Assembly: GCF_009914755.1 (NCBI RefSeq)
Contig: NC_060938.1
DNA length: 64,000 nt
DNA from: the human T2T-CHM13v2.0 reference genome, Homo sapiens
Reading direction: 5' to 3' (one strand)
Shown here: piece by piece, positions 16,290 through 34,761 of the stretch
Layout of the letters: every line of letters starts with the position of its first letter
Numbering within the stretch: position 1 is the first letter of the stretch
Notes under the pieces: generated by a model
What the model saw: the letters and a program-made list of their open reading frames with translations, nothing else
Told to the model about the DNA's origin: nothing
The model's database searches: none
Position numbers and translations under genes: made by a program

Positions 16290-17855
16290 AGGTAGCCTAG
16301 AGTCTGCATCCCCCAGGATGTCCCCAGTCATCCTCACCTCCTGGTATTCATGCCATGGTCCAGTCCTCACCCACACTGAATAGAGCTGACCTGTGTGACC
16401 AATAGGATATTACAGAAATGATGGTAAATGACTTCTGAGGCCAGGTCGTAAAAGACATTACAGTTTCCAGCTGGCAGTTTCTTTTGGATTATTCTCTCTG
16501 GGGGAAGCCAACCACCATGTCAGCAGGATGCTCAAGCAGCCCATGGAGACACCCATAAAGTAGGGGACTGAAGCCTCCTACCGACAGCCAGCACAAATTA
16601 TTTTTTGGAGACAGGATCTCAATTTGTCTCCCAGACAGAGTGCAGTGGTGCAGTCATGGCTCACTGCATCCTCAACCTCCCAGGCTCGAGAGATCCTACC
16701 TCTTCAGCATCCTAAGTAGCTGGGACCACAGGCATGTGCCACCATGCCCAGCTGATTTTTTAAAACTTTTTTATTTATAGAGACAGGGTCTCCCTGTGTT
16801 GCCTAGGCTGGATCACCAATTTTTCACTTGTGTGTGAGAGCCACCTTGCAAGTGGGTCCTCCAGCCCTAGTCGAACCTTCAGATGACTGCAACCCTGGCC
16901 CACAACTTGACTGTGTTAACCTAAATAACAAATATAGAGAGGCTGTCTAAAAGAAAAGATGTTTATTTGGGACTAGAGCATTGCAATGGGAATATGTGTG
17001 CCATAGTAAATTATGTGCATATTCATGGAGGTAAAGGAGGGCAAAAGTTTTTAAAGGAAAAATGAGGAGGATTACATAATTGTCTTGAAATAATTATCCC
17101 TGGCTACAAAAATCAGTAACAAGGGTGATGGCAGTTCAAGGTTGCACAGGCATTTGCCGGGCAGGTGTCCTTGCAGATGTATTTTTTGTGTAAGGTTGTA
17201 ATGGCCTCTGTGCAAGGTTGTGGTTTTTGTAGTCTTTTTCATTATCAGGCATACAAGCGTGAGAAGCCTCTATTCACAGCCTTTCCTGGCTCTATTTGTC
17301 AGGGTTTTCTTAGCATTAGTGACTCCATTTTGATTCTTACACTTTCACAACTACAACCACTTGACCACAGCCTCATGATTCTGAGCCAGAACCACCCAGC
17401 AAAGCCACTTCTGAACTCCTAACCCTCAGAAACTGTGATAATAAACATTGAGAGTTGTTTTAAGCCACTTTGTTTTGAGGTACAGTTGTCCCCCATTATC
17501 AGAGGTTTCACTTACTGTGGTTTTTATTACTTTTGGTCAACTGCAGTCTGAAAATATTAGGTTGAAAATGTTATACATTAACGAGTGTTTTAAATTAGTC
17601 GCCATTCTGAGTAGCATGATAAAACCTTGTCATTCCATCCTACCCGGGATGCGAATCATCCCTTTGTCCAGCATATCCACCCATCAGTCACTTGATAGCC
17701 ATCTTGGTTATCAGGTTGAAAAACATAGTATATATAGGATTTGGTATTATCTGCGGTTTTAGGCATTCACAGGGCAGGGGAGGGTCTTGACACATATCTC
17801 TCATGGATAAGGGGGCACTGCTGTAATTAGTTACACAATAATAGATGACTAATAC
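16290..17855 (+). mobile_element. MLT1-family LTR fragmented by an Alu piece (~16600-16812), a minus-strand MER4-group LTR (~16913-17349) and MER44A
   Basis: MLT1 motifs resume after each insert; 3' end TGTTTTAAGCCACT...TAGATGACTAATAC. Confidence 0.6.
17483..17823 (+). mobile_element. MER44A (Tigger/TcMar non-autonomous DNA transposon)
   Basis: Terminal inverted repeats CAGTTGTCCCCCATTATC / GGATAAGGGGGCACTGCTG; TA duplication on both sides; 341 bp. Confidence 0.8.
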
Positions 17856-17920
17856 TAACAGGATATATCCAGAGAAACTGGCATAGCTTGAGCACTGTAA
17901 GGGTCTGGATGATTCTGGAA

Positions 17921-17943
17921 ATAGAATAGATACATAGATAGAT

Positions 17944-17988
<45 letters not shown>

Positions 17989-18250
17989 TCTCTTTCTGTC
18001 ATTCAGGCTGAAGTGCAGTGGTGCAATCATAGGTCACTGCAGCCTCGAACTCCTGGGCTCAACTGATCTTCCCACCTCAGCGTTCTGAGTAGCTGGGTGT
18101 GCACCATTACGCCCAGCTAATTTTTTTATTTTGTAGAGATGGGATCTTGTTGTGTTGTCCAGGCTGGCCTTGAACTCCTGAGCTCAAGCAATAACACCAC
18201 CTAGGCTTTCCAAAGTACTGGGATTACAGGCAAGAACCACCATGGCTGTC
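17921..18250 (-). mobile_element. AluJ whose tail is a (GATA)11 STR (pure tract 17944-17987)
   Basis: Repeat counted directly; TCTGGAAA flanks both ends. Confidence 0.85.
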
Positions 18251-19392
18251 TGGAAAAATATTTAAAACAAAGTTTTCACATTAGGACTCAAGAGTGACAT
18301 CCAAGAGACATTAGCCTTGGGACACGTGTTAGTGAGAGTTCTTTCATTTACAAAGGATGGAAACTTAAATGAGCTTAAACACATTTTTTTAAATGTAAGG
18401 GAGGTCCTATCCTATAACTAGATGATGTGACTTGGAAGGAGGGGTGGAGTTGCCATTAGGCAAGGTGGGTTCTGGGTTTATCCAATTTCAGGCTCCCTGG
18501 ACTGCAAGGACATGAGCGAGGGGCGTGGACCTGGGAAAGGGGCTGGGTCAGCAGAGCACGAACCTCCAGCAGACTCAGGACTGGGAGTAAGAACATGGGC
18601 GTCAGAAACACACCTGGGGGCCAGGAGGCAGAAGGTGCCAACATACTTGTAGGCTGGTCCTCCGTGGGTCCCTTAAATCCCAGTGCCCTCGAGCTTCTGT
18701 TCTATTCCCTCCACTCTCCCCAGCCCACCCTCCCCATTTCACATCAATGCCTGTGCTCCTGTACTCTGGTCACCTCTCCCTTGCCCCTGGTCCCGGGCCC
18801 TGACCCTCACCACAGCCAATACTTCTTCCATCTGCTCCAGGCCTGGTGCTGCCCTTCAGGACTGCAGCCACAGGCAGCGCCATCCATTTTACCATCTGAG
18901 CCTGAATCCAGTCTTTGCCCCTTCCCCCCTCGCCAAGCCACCCCGACAAACCCCCAAATCTGCATTCCCACAACCTCCACCCTGCTCCCAGCCATTACCT
19001 CCTCCCCTGGATGACAGAAACCATCCTCAGCTGGTCTCCCTGCTGCCTGTTTTACCTTCCCTTTTCTATCCGCACCGGCAACATTTGCCCAAGTCATCTG
19101 CCTAAAACAGACGTCTCTGGGATACTAATCCTGCTCACCACCCTGAGCTCCCAAGACTGCCGGCAGCTCCTTCATGCTGCATGCTCTGACCCTCAACACG
19201 ATCCTGCCTTAGGCTGCAGGCTCTGGCTTTGTGCAAGGAACCAGGATGCCAGGGGGCACGATGGAGCCAAATCATCGACAGTTTATTTCTTCGTAAACAA
19301 AAAAGGTCTGAAGCAAATAGCAAACGTGAAAATGTGAAACCTGGATTCTTTTCTGTATTTAGGAACTATTTCATGATTTTAAAATACATTCT

Positions 19393-19668
<276 letters not shown>

Positions 19669-21802
19669 CTAAATGTAGGGGAGCGGGGCACAATCCTATG
19701 CAGAAGGTGCTGTTGTTGTCCTCACTTTACAACCAGGAAGCTGAGGCACAGAGAGGTAAAGTGACTTGACCAGGGTCACACAGACAATCTAAGGTGGAGA
19801 TAGGATTCAGACTCAAGCAGCCTGGGTCCTCTTGGACCCTGCAGGCACACCCTGCAGTCAGGTGGGCGAGGCAGACACAGCCTCAGTCAACCAGGAGGGG
19901 TGCAGGCAGGCTGTGGGTGGGGAGTGGGGCTGCCACGGAGGGGAGGAAGTTAGGAGAGGAAACTCACATTTGTGGAGCCCTGACATGTTCCAGGCACTGG
20001 GCTGGACTCTTTATCTGTATAACCTCATTTAATCTTTGTAACAACTCCAGAAAGTATTATTGGCCACATTTTTACACATGTAGAAAGTGAAAGCTCAGGA
20101 AGGTGATGTGACTCACCCAGTGTCACAAGCTGTGTAGGATGGAGGCGGAAACTGAGCCCCATTTCTGCCAGACTCCGCAGCCTCTCAGCTCTGGCACACT
20201 GAGTCCCTGCAGGCTCAACTGGAGGGTCTTGGGCTCAGGACCAGGTCTCTAGTCCACTGGAGGGGAGCAAAATGAGGACTTAATTAGCCTGGTCCATGGT
20301 AGATTTTCCCCTCCCTTGTGTTGGGGGATAGAATTCTAGTAATGCAACCTGAGATGACCCTGGCTTTGGGGTTTCATCTTCCCAATCCAATCCTGGCTCA
20401 CCTGTAGGCCAGAGCAGGACAGCCCAGTGCCAGCCTGCCTTCTGTATCATACTTAAAATTAACTTTCAATTGCAGTGAGTCCCAATTCATGCCCCGCCCC
20501 TGCTGGATCAACATAAGGATTTCCACAGCTCAATAGCTCACAGCTCCTGGTGCTAGATGATGGGTGTATGGTGGGGTGGGGGCCCTTTTCCCTTTGTGGG
20601 GATAACTTCCCTCTGTTGCTCAGCTTCGCTCAGCAACCACCCACCTCCAGCCTTCCCAGCTAATTAACCACTTTCTGTCAGCCCTGATGCGATTCACCTG
20701 AGCCACCACCCTGAGCAGCAGGAAGTCTGACTCGGACTCCAATTAGCAGAGGAAGTGGCTGACTCCGGGAGGCGGAGGGGCGCACGGGGCAGAGGGGGGA
20801 GGGATGAACAGAGTTGTTGGGGGGCACAGAGAAAATTCAACGACCTCCCTGGAACTTTCATCCTTTGGAAGCCACAGAGGATGAGTTCAGACATTCAATA
20901 AGTATTAAGTGAGCACCTACTGTACACATACCCCGATTTTTGGCATGCCAGTAAGAAACAAGACAGACAAGGTCCCCATCCTGTCTTCATGGGGCTGATG
21001 TTCTAGACAAATAGAAAATACGCTGCTAGTTAGTGATAATTGCTATAATGAAAAATGATATCTAAGCCACCCTCCCTGTCAGAGCCTCCTGGAGGTTTAA
21101 AGCCACCTCTCATGCCCCCATCTGATTTTTCTCCTGCGAGCAAAAGCCCCCTGCCTCCCCTCCCCACTCCTCATATGGCACGTCCTTTACTATGGCATGT
21201 CACCTGCTGAGCACAGCACTGGTCTGCCCTCAGATGTTTGATATTGTTATTCTACAGAAAAGGAAACCGAGGCAGACGGGAAGAGAAAGATGGAGCCGGG
21301 GTTAGAGAGCAGGCCCTGGTGCCACATTCCTCATTCTCCTGGGGGCTGTGTTCCTGTTCTGGGAGGGCATGAGATCAGGAGGCCAAGGGGAAGCTGTGCC
21401 TCTGGTTGGCCCATGAAGAGCCACGCAGGGAGCTGGTGGCTCACACACTCTGGACACACAGGCCACGTCCACAGAATATGTGTCCACTTCCTGCTGTTAC
21501 GACTCGGGATGTAAGCATTTGTGGGGTGGCTGGGAGTCAGGGAAGAGGGCCCCTGCAATTTCACATTTGGACAGAGTTGGCTGGGAATAGAGGAATTCAA
21601 CTGTGCAGGAGTCTGGAGGTAAAATATTCTCATCTTGGAGTCACCGATCATCCAGTCCAGCCCTTATCCAACTCCTCTCAATACATCCGCTTCTGGGCAG
21701 GAGTCCCCAGCACAAAGCGGACAAGAGAGGAGCTGTTGGCTAAGCAGGACACAGTGGGAATGGCCACCCTGTTGGCCACGCTGCTTCACTTCCAAACATA
21801 GG

Positions 21803-22164
21803 TGTATTCATCTGTTTTCATACTGCTGTTAAAGACATACCTGAGACTGGGTAATTTATAAAGAAAAAGAGGTTTCATGGACTCACAGTTCCACATGGCT
21901 GGGGAGGCCTCATCATCATGGCAGAAGGCGAAAGACACATCTTACATGGTAGCAGGCAAGTGAGAAGGAGCGCCAAGAGGAAGGGGTTTCCCCTTATAAA
22001 ACCATCAGATCTCGTGAGACTTATTCACTATCACGAGAACAGTATGGGGGAACCACTCCCCATGATTCGGTTACCTCCCACCAGGTCCCTCCCACAACAT
22101 GTGGGAATTATGGGAGCGACAATTCAAAGTGAGATTTGGGTGGGGACACAGCCAAACCATATCA
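21803..22164 (-). mobile_element. THE1 MaLR solo LTR
   Basis: Right end is the reverse complement of TGATATGGTTTGGCTGTGTCCCCA; ~360 bp; ATAGG/ACAGG TSD. Confidence 0.9.
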
Positions 22165-22658
22165 ACAGGGCAACAGGCAGAAGCCTCTATCAGTGACCAG
22201 GGCCACCTGGGCTGAGAGGAAATGCTTGGGTTCCAGGCCTGGCTCCAACTGTCAGCTCTCCTGGGGCTTGGTTCGTGGATGAGTTAGGATGAGCGAGGTG
22301 ATTCTGCAGTAACACCTCAGGCTCAAAACAGCAAGAGTTTATTTCTCACTCATTTAAAAAAATGCATTGCTGGTGTGGGCAACTCCAGGGTCACTGTCCT
22401 TTATAAGGTGGCTCAACAATCCAGCTACTTCAGTCTGCTAGCACCTCCATTTCACTGCACTGCTTCAGGGCTGCCAGTGCAGGCAATTGAGCAGGGAGCA
22501 GGCCCGCGGGCTTCTAACTGCCTTCCTCTGGAAGTGACACACATCACTTCTGCTCACATTTCATTGGCCAAAGAAAGTCATGTGGTCAACCTTAATTCAG
22601 GTGAGCAAGCTAGTATCATCAGAGGATAACAATGTATGTCTATAAATTGTTGGTGAGT

Positions 22659-23993
<1,335 letters not shown>

Positions 23994-24112
23994 TTAATTT
24001 CTTCACTCACTCATTCATTTATGCATTCAACCCATGAATTTCGAGTGTGTAAGGTGCTGTAGGTTTGGAACTCAGGTCTCCTGACTCCTCAGCCAGGGCA
24101 TCACTATCTTCC

Positions 24113-24182
24113 TTCTCCTCCTCCTCCTCTTCCTCCTCCTCCTCCTCCTCTTCCTCCTCTCCTCCTCCTCCTCCTCCTCCTC
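24113..24182 (+). repeat. (CCT)n pyrimidine tract
   Basis: Read directly. Confidence 0.9.
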
Positions 24183-24210
24183 ATGCCTTCCGCAAGCCTG
24201 GCTCACATTT

Positions 24211-24500
24211 TGGTCTTAGCTTGAGCTCTTCCTAAAGCAGAGCCTGAGACAAGGACTCGGGTGCAGGGAGTTGACATGGAATCCATGCCAGGAAACCAAA
24301 GTGAGGGCGTAGGAGAGTGAGATCAGGAAGGAGAGAAAACCACTCAGTGCATTACTGAGTTGGCTACTGATGTGGGTAACTGGGGCTTGATTCCACTGGG
24401 AACCCTGTGAGGAACGGTGTAAAATGCACCTCAGGATTGTCTTGAATGATGATGAGGCTGGGGTGTGTACCCACGGACCACTGTCCCCCAGTCCCCACGC
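24211..24500 (-). mobile_element. LTR16/LTR33-like ERVL LTR fragment
   Basis: GTCTTAGCTTG...AAGCAGAGCCTGAGACAAGGA...GTGGGTAACTGGGGCTTGATTCCACTGGGAA. Confidence 0.6.
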
Positions 24501-26534
24501 TTTGCTGGGAAAAAATCTGAAGAACAGAAGCTGAGAGACACAGTAAAGCTTTGAGTTGGGAAGCCACCATCAAGCACGAGGACAAACCACCAGGGACACA
24601 GCTGATGTCAGCGTGGGGCTGAGGGGACATGGCTCAGAGCAACAGCGTTTACTACAGATGCCAAGGGAGAAGCGACGCCTGTACGAAGCCACGTGGAAAC
24701 CCGACCCAAACCCGGCACTGGCCAATCAAGGGCAGTGCGCGACTCAGGACAGCTGTCACACTATTTTCTTCCAACCTCCTTTCCCGATTTGGAAGGAGGT
24801 AACTCCTCCGCATGAAAACAATAAGAGAAAACAACAGAACTCGGGGACCAATTGATTGAGGCGTGGGAACGGGATGGCAGGCAGTCACAGGGGTCCGAGA
24901 GGGAGGCTTCTTGCCAGCTCAGGCACAGGCTGTTCAGAAGTCAGGAAAATGTAAATGGGACATTCAAGGACACAGAAATATGTCTATTAGGACACCTTCT
25001 GTGATCCGCATGCTGGGAATCCCAGGAGATAGAGGACACCGCCCCGCCTCTCTCAGAACCTTTTCCACAGCAAAAGGCAGAGTGCTGCAGGCAGAAGAGT
25101 CCCAGCCTTGGAAGCAGAGATCTCAGGTTCAAGTCTTGATGCCACTAATCACACAGAATATTGTGTGTGAAGCTCACAGCTGGAAGGCGCAGTGATGATG
25201 CTCGTCATCTGACCTTCACGAGCCACTGCCAGCCTCCATGTCCCACGACGCAGATGAGGCACCAGAGATCAGAAGGTGACTCACCTGCCCCAGGTCTTGC
25301 CTCCCAAACTATCAGACCTCAGACTTGAACCAGCCCTCTTTGAGTCTCAGCTCAAAGGTCCTCTGATCTCGTGTTTCTGGAATAAACCCAAAGGCAGCTT
25401 TCTGGGTGGAGACACCCACAGGAAGACCTGTGCACTCCCACTCTGACTTCCTGAGCAGGTGAGGGGGCAGGACACACAGGAAGGGGGGTGACCATGTGAC
25501 TGGGCTGCATTTCTGGCAGGTGCAAAGATACCCTTTTAGGATATTGGAATGAGGCAGGGAGTAAGGACCAGGGCACAGGTGTCGTGGGCTCTGGACTCTA
25601 GTCCAAATTCCACTCGCCTTCAGGCTGGTCTTGGTTTTCTCATCAAGGTGATTGGTAGGGTGCCTTCAGGGTCAATGATCTGACGACCACAAGCTCTGAG
25701 AGGTCCGCCAGGGCTGGAGGGGCAGCACAGCCTCCCTGGGAGCTGGCCTCTGGGGGCAGCGGGGAGGGGGAAGGGAAGGCAACCCTGTCCCCAGGGCTCT
25801 AGTGACACTGTAACAAATGAGTACAGACCCCCCGGATTTCAGCACTGAGGACCCTCTAGCTTGTTCCCTAACTCCCAGGACCTCTGGATGAGAAGTGGGC
25901 TTTCATTGCACTCTGTCTGGCTCAAATCCCTGCGACCTTCTCACCGGACCCAGGGCCTGACTTCTACTTGGTCATGTATGAGGGCTCGGGTGTGTTGAGG
26001 TGTGGGAAGAGGCCAGAGGGGAAGGGGAGTCCCATGTTCCCCCACAACGTTTCTCAGAGACCTCCTCCCGTCCTGAGGCCATTGGGTGTGTCAGGGTTGC
26101 TGGAAATTCTCCCCAACTCCCAATTCTGAGCATTTAGTCTAGGTAGGCCTTGTCTTGGAGCCAGCTTGTTGGCCTGGGCCAGTGGGTGTGTGCTTAATTT
26201 CATGGCAGCCTTATAGAAAAAGCACAAGGATGTAAAAGATTGATGCTAGAATCAGAGACCAGCGAGAGGAAGATGGGGCTTGGGACCTGAGGAGGGAAGT
26301 CTTAACTCTCAGATCCAGCTATATTTGGATCACCAGAAATCAGATGGTGACAGATATCTCTCCAATATTATTTTTGAGTGGGCAAAATCATTAACCTTTC
26401 TCCACCTCAGTTTCCTCGTCCAGTACAGGGGATAATAATAGTGCCTCCCTGAAAGGGCTGTTGCACAGTAAATGAATTAATACCTGTGCAGCACTCAGAA
26501 TAGTGCCTGGCACATAAGAAATTCTCAATCATCG

Positions 26535-26830
<296 letters not shown>

Positions 26831-29116
26831 AATGAAATTATCAATCGATGAGAGTAATTTTTTGGTTATTGTTATGATTATTACTATTAATGTTTTCATT
26901 CAAGTACAAGGCCTTGCAGGTGCTCAGTTAGTGTCGCATGAATGATTGAAATAAACGTAACTGGATAAAATGTTTGAAGTAGATGACATCAAAGATTGAA
27001 ATAAACACTTGCTTTGGTCTAATTAGTTATGATCTGGTATCTATGGAAACTGCTAAATATTGAGACTGAAAATAGATAGCTTTTCTCTGCACAGAAAGAA
27101 CCAAGGTACATGTGTGGTCTCTACACTTTGTATCCCGAGATGAACCGCCTCATTCATCTCTGTCCACCAGTGAATTCTTCGAGAGCAGGGCCTGTGGCTA
27201 ATGGGCATTCAGAAACCAAGTGTCTGAGTGTTGGTACACAGCGAGTGCTCATTCCTATTTGTTGAACAAGTGAACAAATGCATGAATGTTGTCTGATTGC
27301 CTCAGGAAATGGCAGGACTGAGCCTTCAGATAAGGACCTCAGAGCCTTCTTAGGGAGAGGCTGGGGAAGGCAGACAGTGATTACTTCTTGCAGTGGATTA
27401 AGTGGTGAAGAGTATGGGCTTTGGGGCCAATCAAATCTGGGAGGAAATACTGGCTCAGCCACTCGCTAGCTTCATGAACTTAGGCAAGCTGTTTAATTCT
27501 TCCAGGCCTCAGTTTTAACATCTGTAAACTGGGCCTAATAATGTTTACTTGTTGTGCAGATAAAATGGTCCAGTGTGCGTCAATGTCCATTTCTCCCTAG
27601 GAAGGGATCCATACCATCTTCATGGTAGACACCGGGATAACAACAACAGTCCTCTCTTGTTTCAAGGGATTCGGAACCACCCATGGCATAAGTAGTAATG
27701 AAAGAGTTCTTTGTAAACTGTAGAGTGCTCTGCACACGTGAGGGATCATAGGGTGGCTTGCGTAACAAGGAGTTGCAGAGAGAATCTGAACTTGGATCCC
27801 TGCTGGGGAAAGCATCTCAACTAGTGGGGACGGGACTCAGAAATGCAAAGACCCCAGAAAACTGGTGGGGAATTTCAGCCACAAGACAGGGACTTGGGAG
27901 TCAGGCTGCCTGGGTTCAAGGCCTATATTTGCCCCTGTCTACTTTCTGTGACCTTGGATGAGTGACTTGCTCTTGGGAGGCCTCAGTGTTCTTCTTGGGG
28001 AAGCTGGGAGGACAGTGAATACTTCACAGGGCTGTTGTGGGGATTAAAGGGGATAGAGCGTGTAAAGTGCTCTGTCTAGTACTGGGCTACAGGAAGTGCT
28101 CAGCAAACACAGCTGCCCCATTTCTCCACATTCTCCTTCTCCCATCCACTCTCAAGGCTCAAGGCCTCCTGCCTCAGCTTGTCCCTTCTCTGGTTTGCAG
28201 AGTCTCAGGAGAACATAAAGTAGAAGGACAAGCAAGGGGAGGGCAAGTGGGGTTGACTGAACCTTACATGGCAGGGTCTTATGGGGCAGGGACCGTTGTT
28301 ACCCCCATTTCACAGGGGTGGTCACTGAGACCCCGCTGGTGCCAGGATGCATACCCAGGTCCGTCCACACACAAAGCCTGCGTTCATTCAGCTTTTCCAG
28401 GATCCCACGCCAGCTCTGACTCCAAATGCTGTGGAGGGCCCTGCAGCGGGGGAGGAACACAGGGACAGAAACCAAGTGTTTCTGGGGCCCAGCCTGGCAC
28501 CCCCACCCCTACCCACCCCCACCTCCTACCACCTCCTTCCCCTCTACCCCCCACTATGACCCCTTGCCCAGGAGAACTCTTCTGGGCAGAGTGGCCCTGC
28601 CAGCCTCTCAAGGACACGGGGACGGGGCAGGAATCCCCAGCTTGGCCTGAGTCCTTCTCTGCCATGGACACAGGTTGTTAGATAATTGCCTTTGTCCCTT
28701 ATCTCATTCCCACTCTTTATTACTTCCCTGGGGAGATGCTGCAATCACAGCCTCTCTGCAAATGAAGCCAGCCTCCTGGCTGCAAACACAGGCTGAGGGA
28801 CCACGACTGGGGGAGGAGTGTGAACTGAAGGGGAGATTATACCTTCAGGTGGCAGGGACACCATGTCCCTCAGCTCAGGGCATGCCGATAGGTTCTGGGA
28901 GGCTCCTGGAAGCACACTCAGTGCTTTGCAAAGAAAGCGCTGGATCCTGAGAAGAAAGAATCTGGCCATGGGCTCTGCCCGGACTAGCACTTAACCCCTC
29001 TGGGTTCCAGGTTCTGTGTGGGTGAGATGAGGACAGCAACGCTCTCCCATGATGACCAAACCAGCTTGAAACTGGGAGGCATCGACTGTTTTGCCTCTAT
29101 GCTCGTGGCAGCCTCT

Positions 29117-32262
<3,146 letters not shown>

Positions 32263-32474
32263 CCACTCCCCCCAACCATCCAGAGTTTTCTGTATGCATC
32301 TTTTGTTCTTCCTTTCTGCTATCAGCGAGGCTATGAGGGACACAAGGTGACCTCCTGAGGACCTTTCTGGCCCGGTGATTCTAGGACAAATGCACTTGAG
32401 GCTCAGCTCCCCGCTTTTGTAAAAATTCTCTGCCCTCTCAGTGTCATTGTTCTGTGCCTACTCTGGCATTTATT

Positions 32475-34761
32475 TATTTATTTTTTTTTAATTTATTTTT
32501 TTATTGATAATTCTTGGGTGTTTCTCACAGAGGGGGATTTGGCAGGGTCATGGGACAATAGTGGAGGGAAGGTCAGCAGATAAACAAGTGAACAAAGGTC
32601 TCTGGTTTTCCTAGGCAGAGGACCCTGCGGCCTTCCGCAGTGTTTGTGTCCCTGGGTACTTGAGATTAGGGAGTGGTGATGACTCTTAACGAGCATGCTG
32701 CCTTCAAGCATCTGTTTAACAAAGCACATCTTGCACCGCCCTTAATCCATTTAACCCTGAGTGGACACAGCACATGTTTCAGAGAGCACAGGGTTGGGGG
32801 TAAGGTCACAGATCAACAGGATCCCAAGGCAGAGGAATTTTTCTTAGTGCAGAACAAAATGAAAAGTCTCCCATGTCTACTTCTTTCTACACAGACACGG
32901 CAACCATCCGATTTCTCAATCTTTTCCCCACCTTTCCCGCCTTTCTATTCCACAAAGCCGCCATTGTCATCCTGGCCCGTTCTCAATGAGCTGTTGGGCA
33001 CACCTCCCAGACGGGGTGGTGGCCGGGCAGAGGCGCCCCTCACCTCCCGGACGGGGCGGCTGGCCGGGCGGGGGGCTGACCCCCCCACCTCCCTCCCGGA
33101 CGGGGCGGCTGGCCGGGCAGAGGGGCTCCTCACTTCCCAGTAGGGGCGGCCGGGCAGAGGCGCCCCTCACCTCCCGGGCGGGGGGGCTGACCCCCCCCAC
33201 CTCCCTCCCGGACGGGGCGGCTGGCCGGGCGGGGGGCTGACCCCCCCACCTCCCTCCCGGACGGGGCGGCTGGCCGGACAGAGGGGCTCCTCACTTCCCA
33301 GTAGGGGCGGCCGGGCAGAGGCGCCCCTCACCTCCCAGATGGGGCGGCTGGCCGGGCAGAGGGCTGACCCCCCCACCTCCCTCCCGGACGGGGTGGCTGG
33401 CCGGGCGGGGGGCTGACCCCCCCACCTCCCTCCCGGACAGGGCGGCTGGCTGGGCGGGGGGCTGACCCCCCCACCTCCCTCCCGGACGGGGCGGCTGGCC
33501 GGGTGGGGGGGCTGACCCCCCCATCTCCCTCCCGGACGGGGTGGCTGGCCGGGCTGAGGGGCTCCTCACTTCCCAGTAGGGGCGGCCGGGCAGAGGCGCC
33601 CCTCACCTCCCGGACGGGGCGGCTGGCCAGGCGGGGGGCTGACCCCCCACCTCCCTCCCGGACGGCACGGCTGGCCAGGCGGGGGGCTGACCCCCCACCT
33701 CCCTCCCGGATGGGGCGGCTGGCCGGGCGGGGGGCTGACCCCCCCACCTCCCTCCCGGACGGGGTGGCTGCCGGGCGGAGACGCTCCTCACTTCCCAGAT
33801 GGGGTGGCTGCCGGGCGGAGAGGCTCCTCACTTCTCAGACGGGGCAGCTGCCGGGCGGAGGGGCTCCTCACTTCTCAGACGGGGCAGCTGCCGGGCGGAG
33901 GGGCTCCTCACTTCTCAGACGGGGTGGTTGCCAGGCAGAGGGTCTCCTCACTTCTCAGACGGGGCGGCCGGGCAGAGACGCTCCTCACCTCCCAGACGGG
34001 GTCTCGCTGGGCAGAGGCGCTCCTCACATCCCAGATGGGGCGGCGGGGCAGAGGCGCTCCCCACATCTCAGACGATGGGCGGCCGGGCAGAGACGCTCCT
34101 CACTTCCTAGATGTGATGGCGGCTGGGAAGAGGCGCTCCTCACTTCCTAGATGGGATGGCGGCCGGGTGGAGACGCTCCTCACTTTCCAGACTGGGCAGC
34201 CAGGCAGAGGGGCTCCTCACATCCCAGACGATGGGCGGCCAGGCAGAGACACTCCTCACTTCCCAGACGGGGTGGCGGCCGGGCAGAGGCTGCACTCTGG
34301 GCACTTTGGGAGGCCAAGGCAGGCGGCTGGGATGTGTAGGTTGTAGTGAGCCGAGATCACGCCACTGCACTCCAGCCTGGGCACCATTGAGCACTGAGTG
34401 AACGAGACTCCGTCTGCAATCCCGGCACCTCGGGAGGCCGAGGTTGGCGGATCACTCGCGGTTAGGGGCTGGAGAGCGGCCCGGCCAACACAGCGAAACC
34501 CGGTCTCCACCAAAACCAGTCAGGCGTGGCGGCGCGTGCCTGCAATCGCAGGCACTCGGCAGGCTGAGGCAGGAGAATCAGGCAGGGAGGTTGCAGTGAG
34601 CCGAGATGGCAGCAGTACAGTCCAGCTTCGGCTCCGCATGAGAGGGAGACCGTGGGGAGAGGGAGAGGAGGGAGAGGAGGGAGCGGGAGAGGGAGCGGGA
34701 GCGGGAGCGGGAGCGGGAGAGGGAGAGGGAGAGGGAGAGGGAGAGGGAGAGGGAGAGGGAG
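32475..34761 (-). mobile_element. Full-length SVA retrotransposon (probably SVA_F): polyA, SINE-R ~32500-32990, VNTR ~33000-34290, Alu-like ~34290-34650, hexamer ~34655-34761
   Basis: All SVA domains are present in order. 11-bp TSD TGGCATTTATT at 32464-32474 and 34762-34772. Subfamily inferred from remembered diagnostic Alu-like sequence (CTCTCATGCGGAGCCGAAGC; GGTTTTGGTGGAGAC). Confidence 0.95.

Noticed and set aside
25838-25858. Third RE1-like sequence TTCAGCACTGAGGACCCTCTA
   Set aside because: The right half-site is too degenerate to call.
28037-28681. 214-aa ORF
   Set aside because: Starts at GTG in MIR-derived sequence, crosses repeat relics, and has no recognisable domain.
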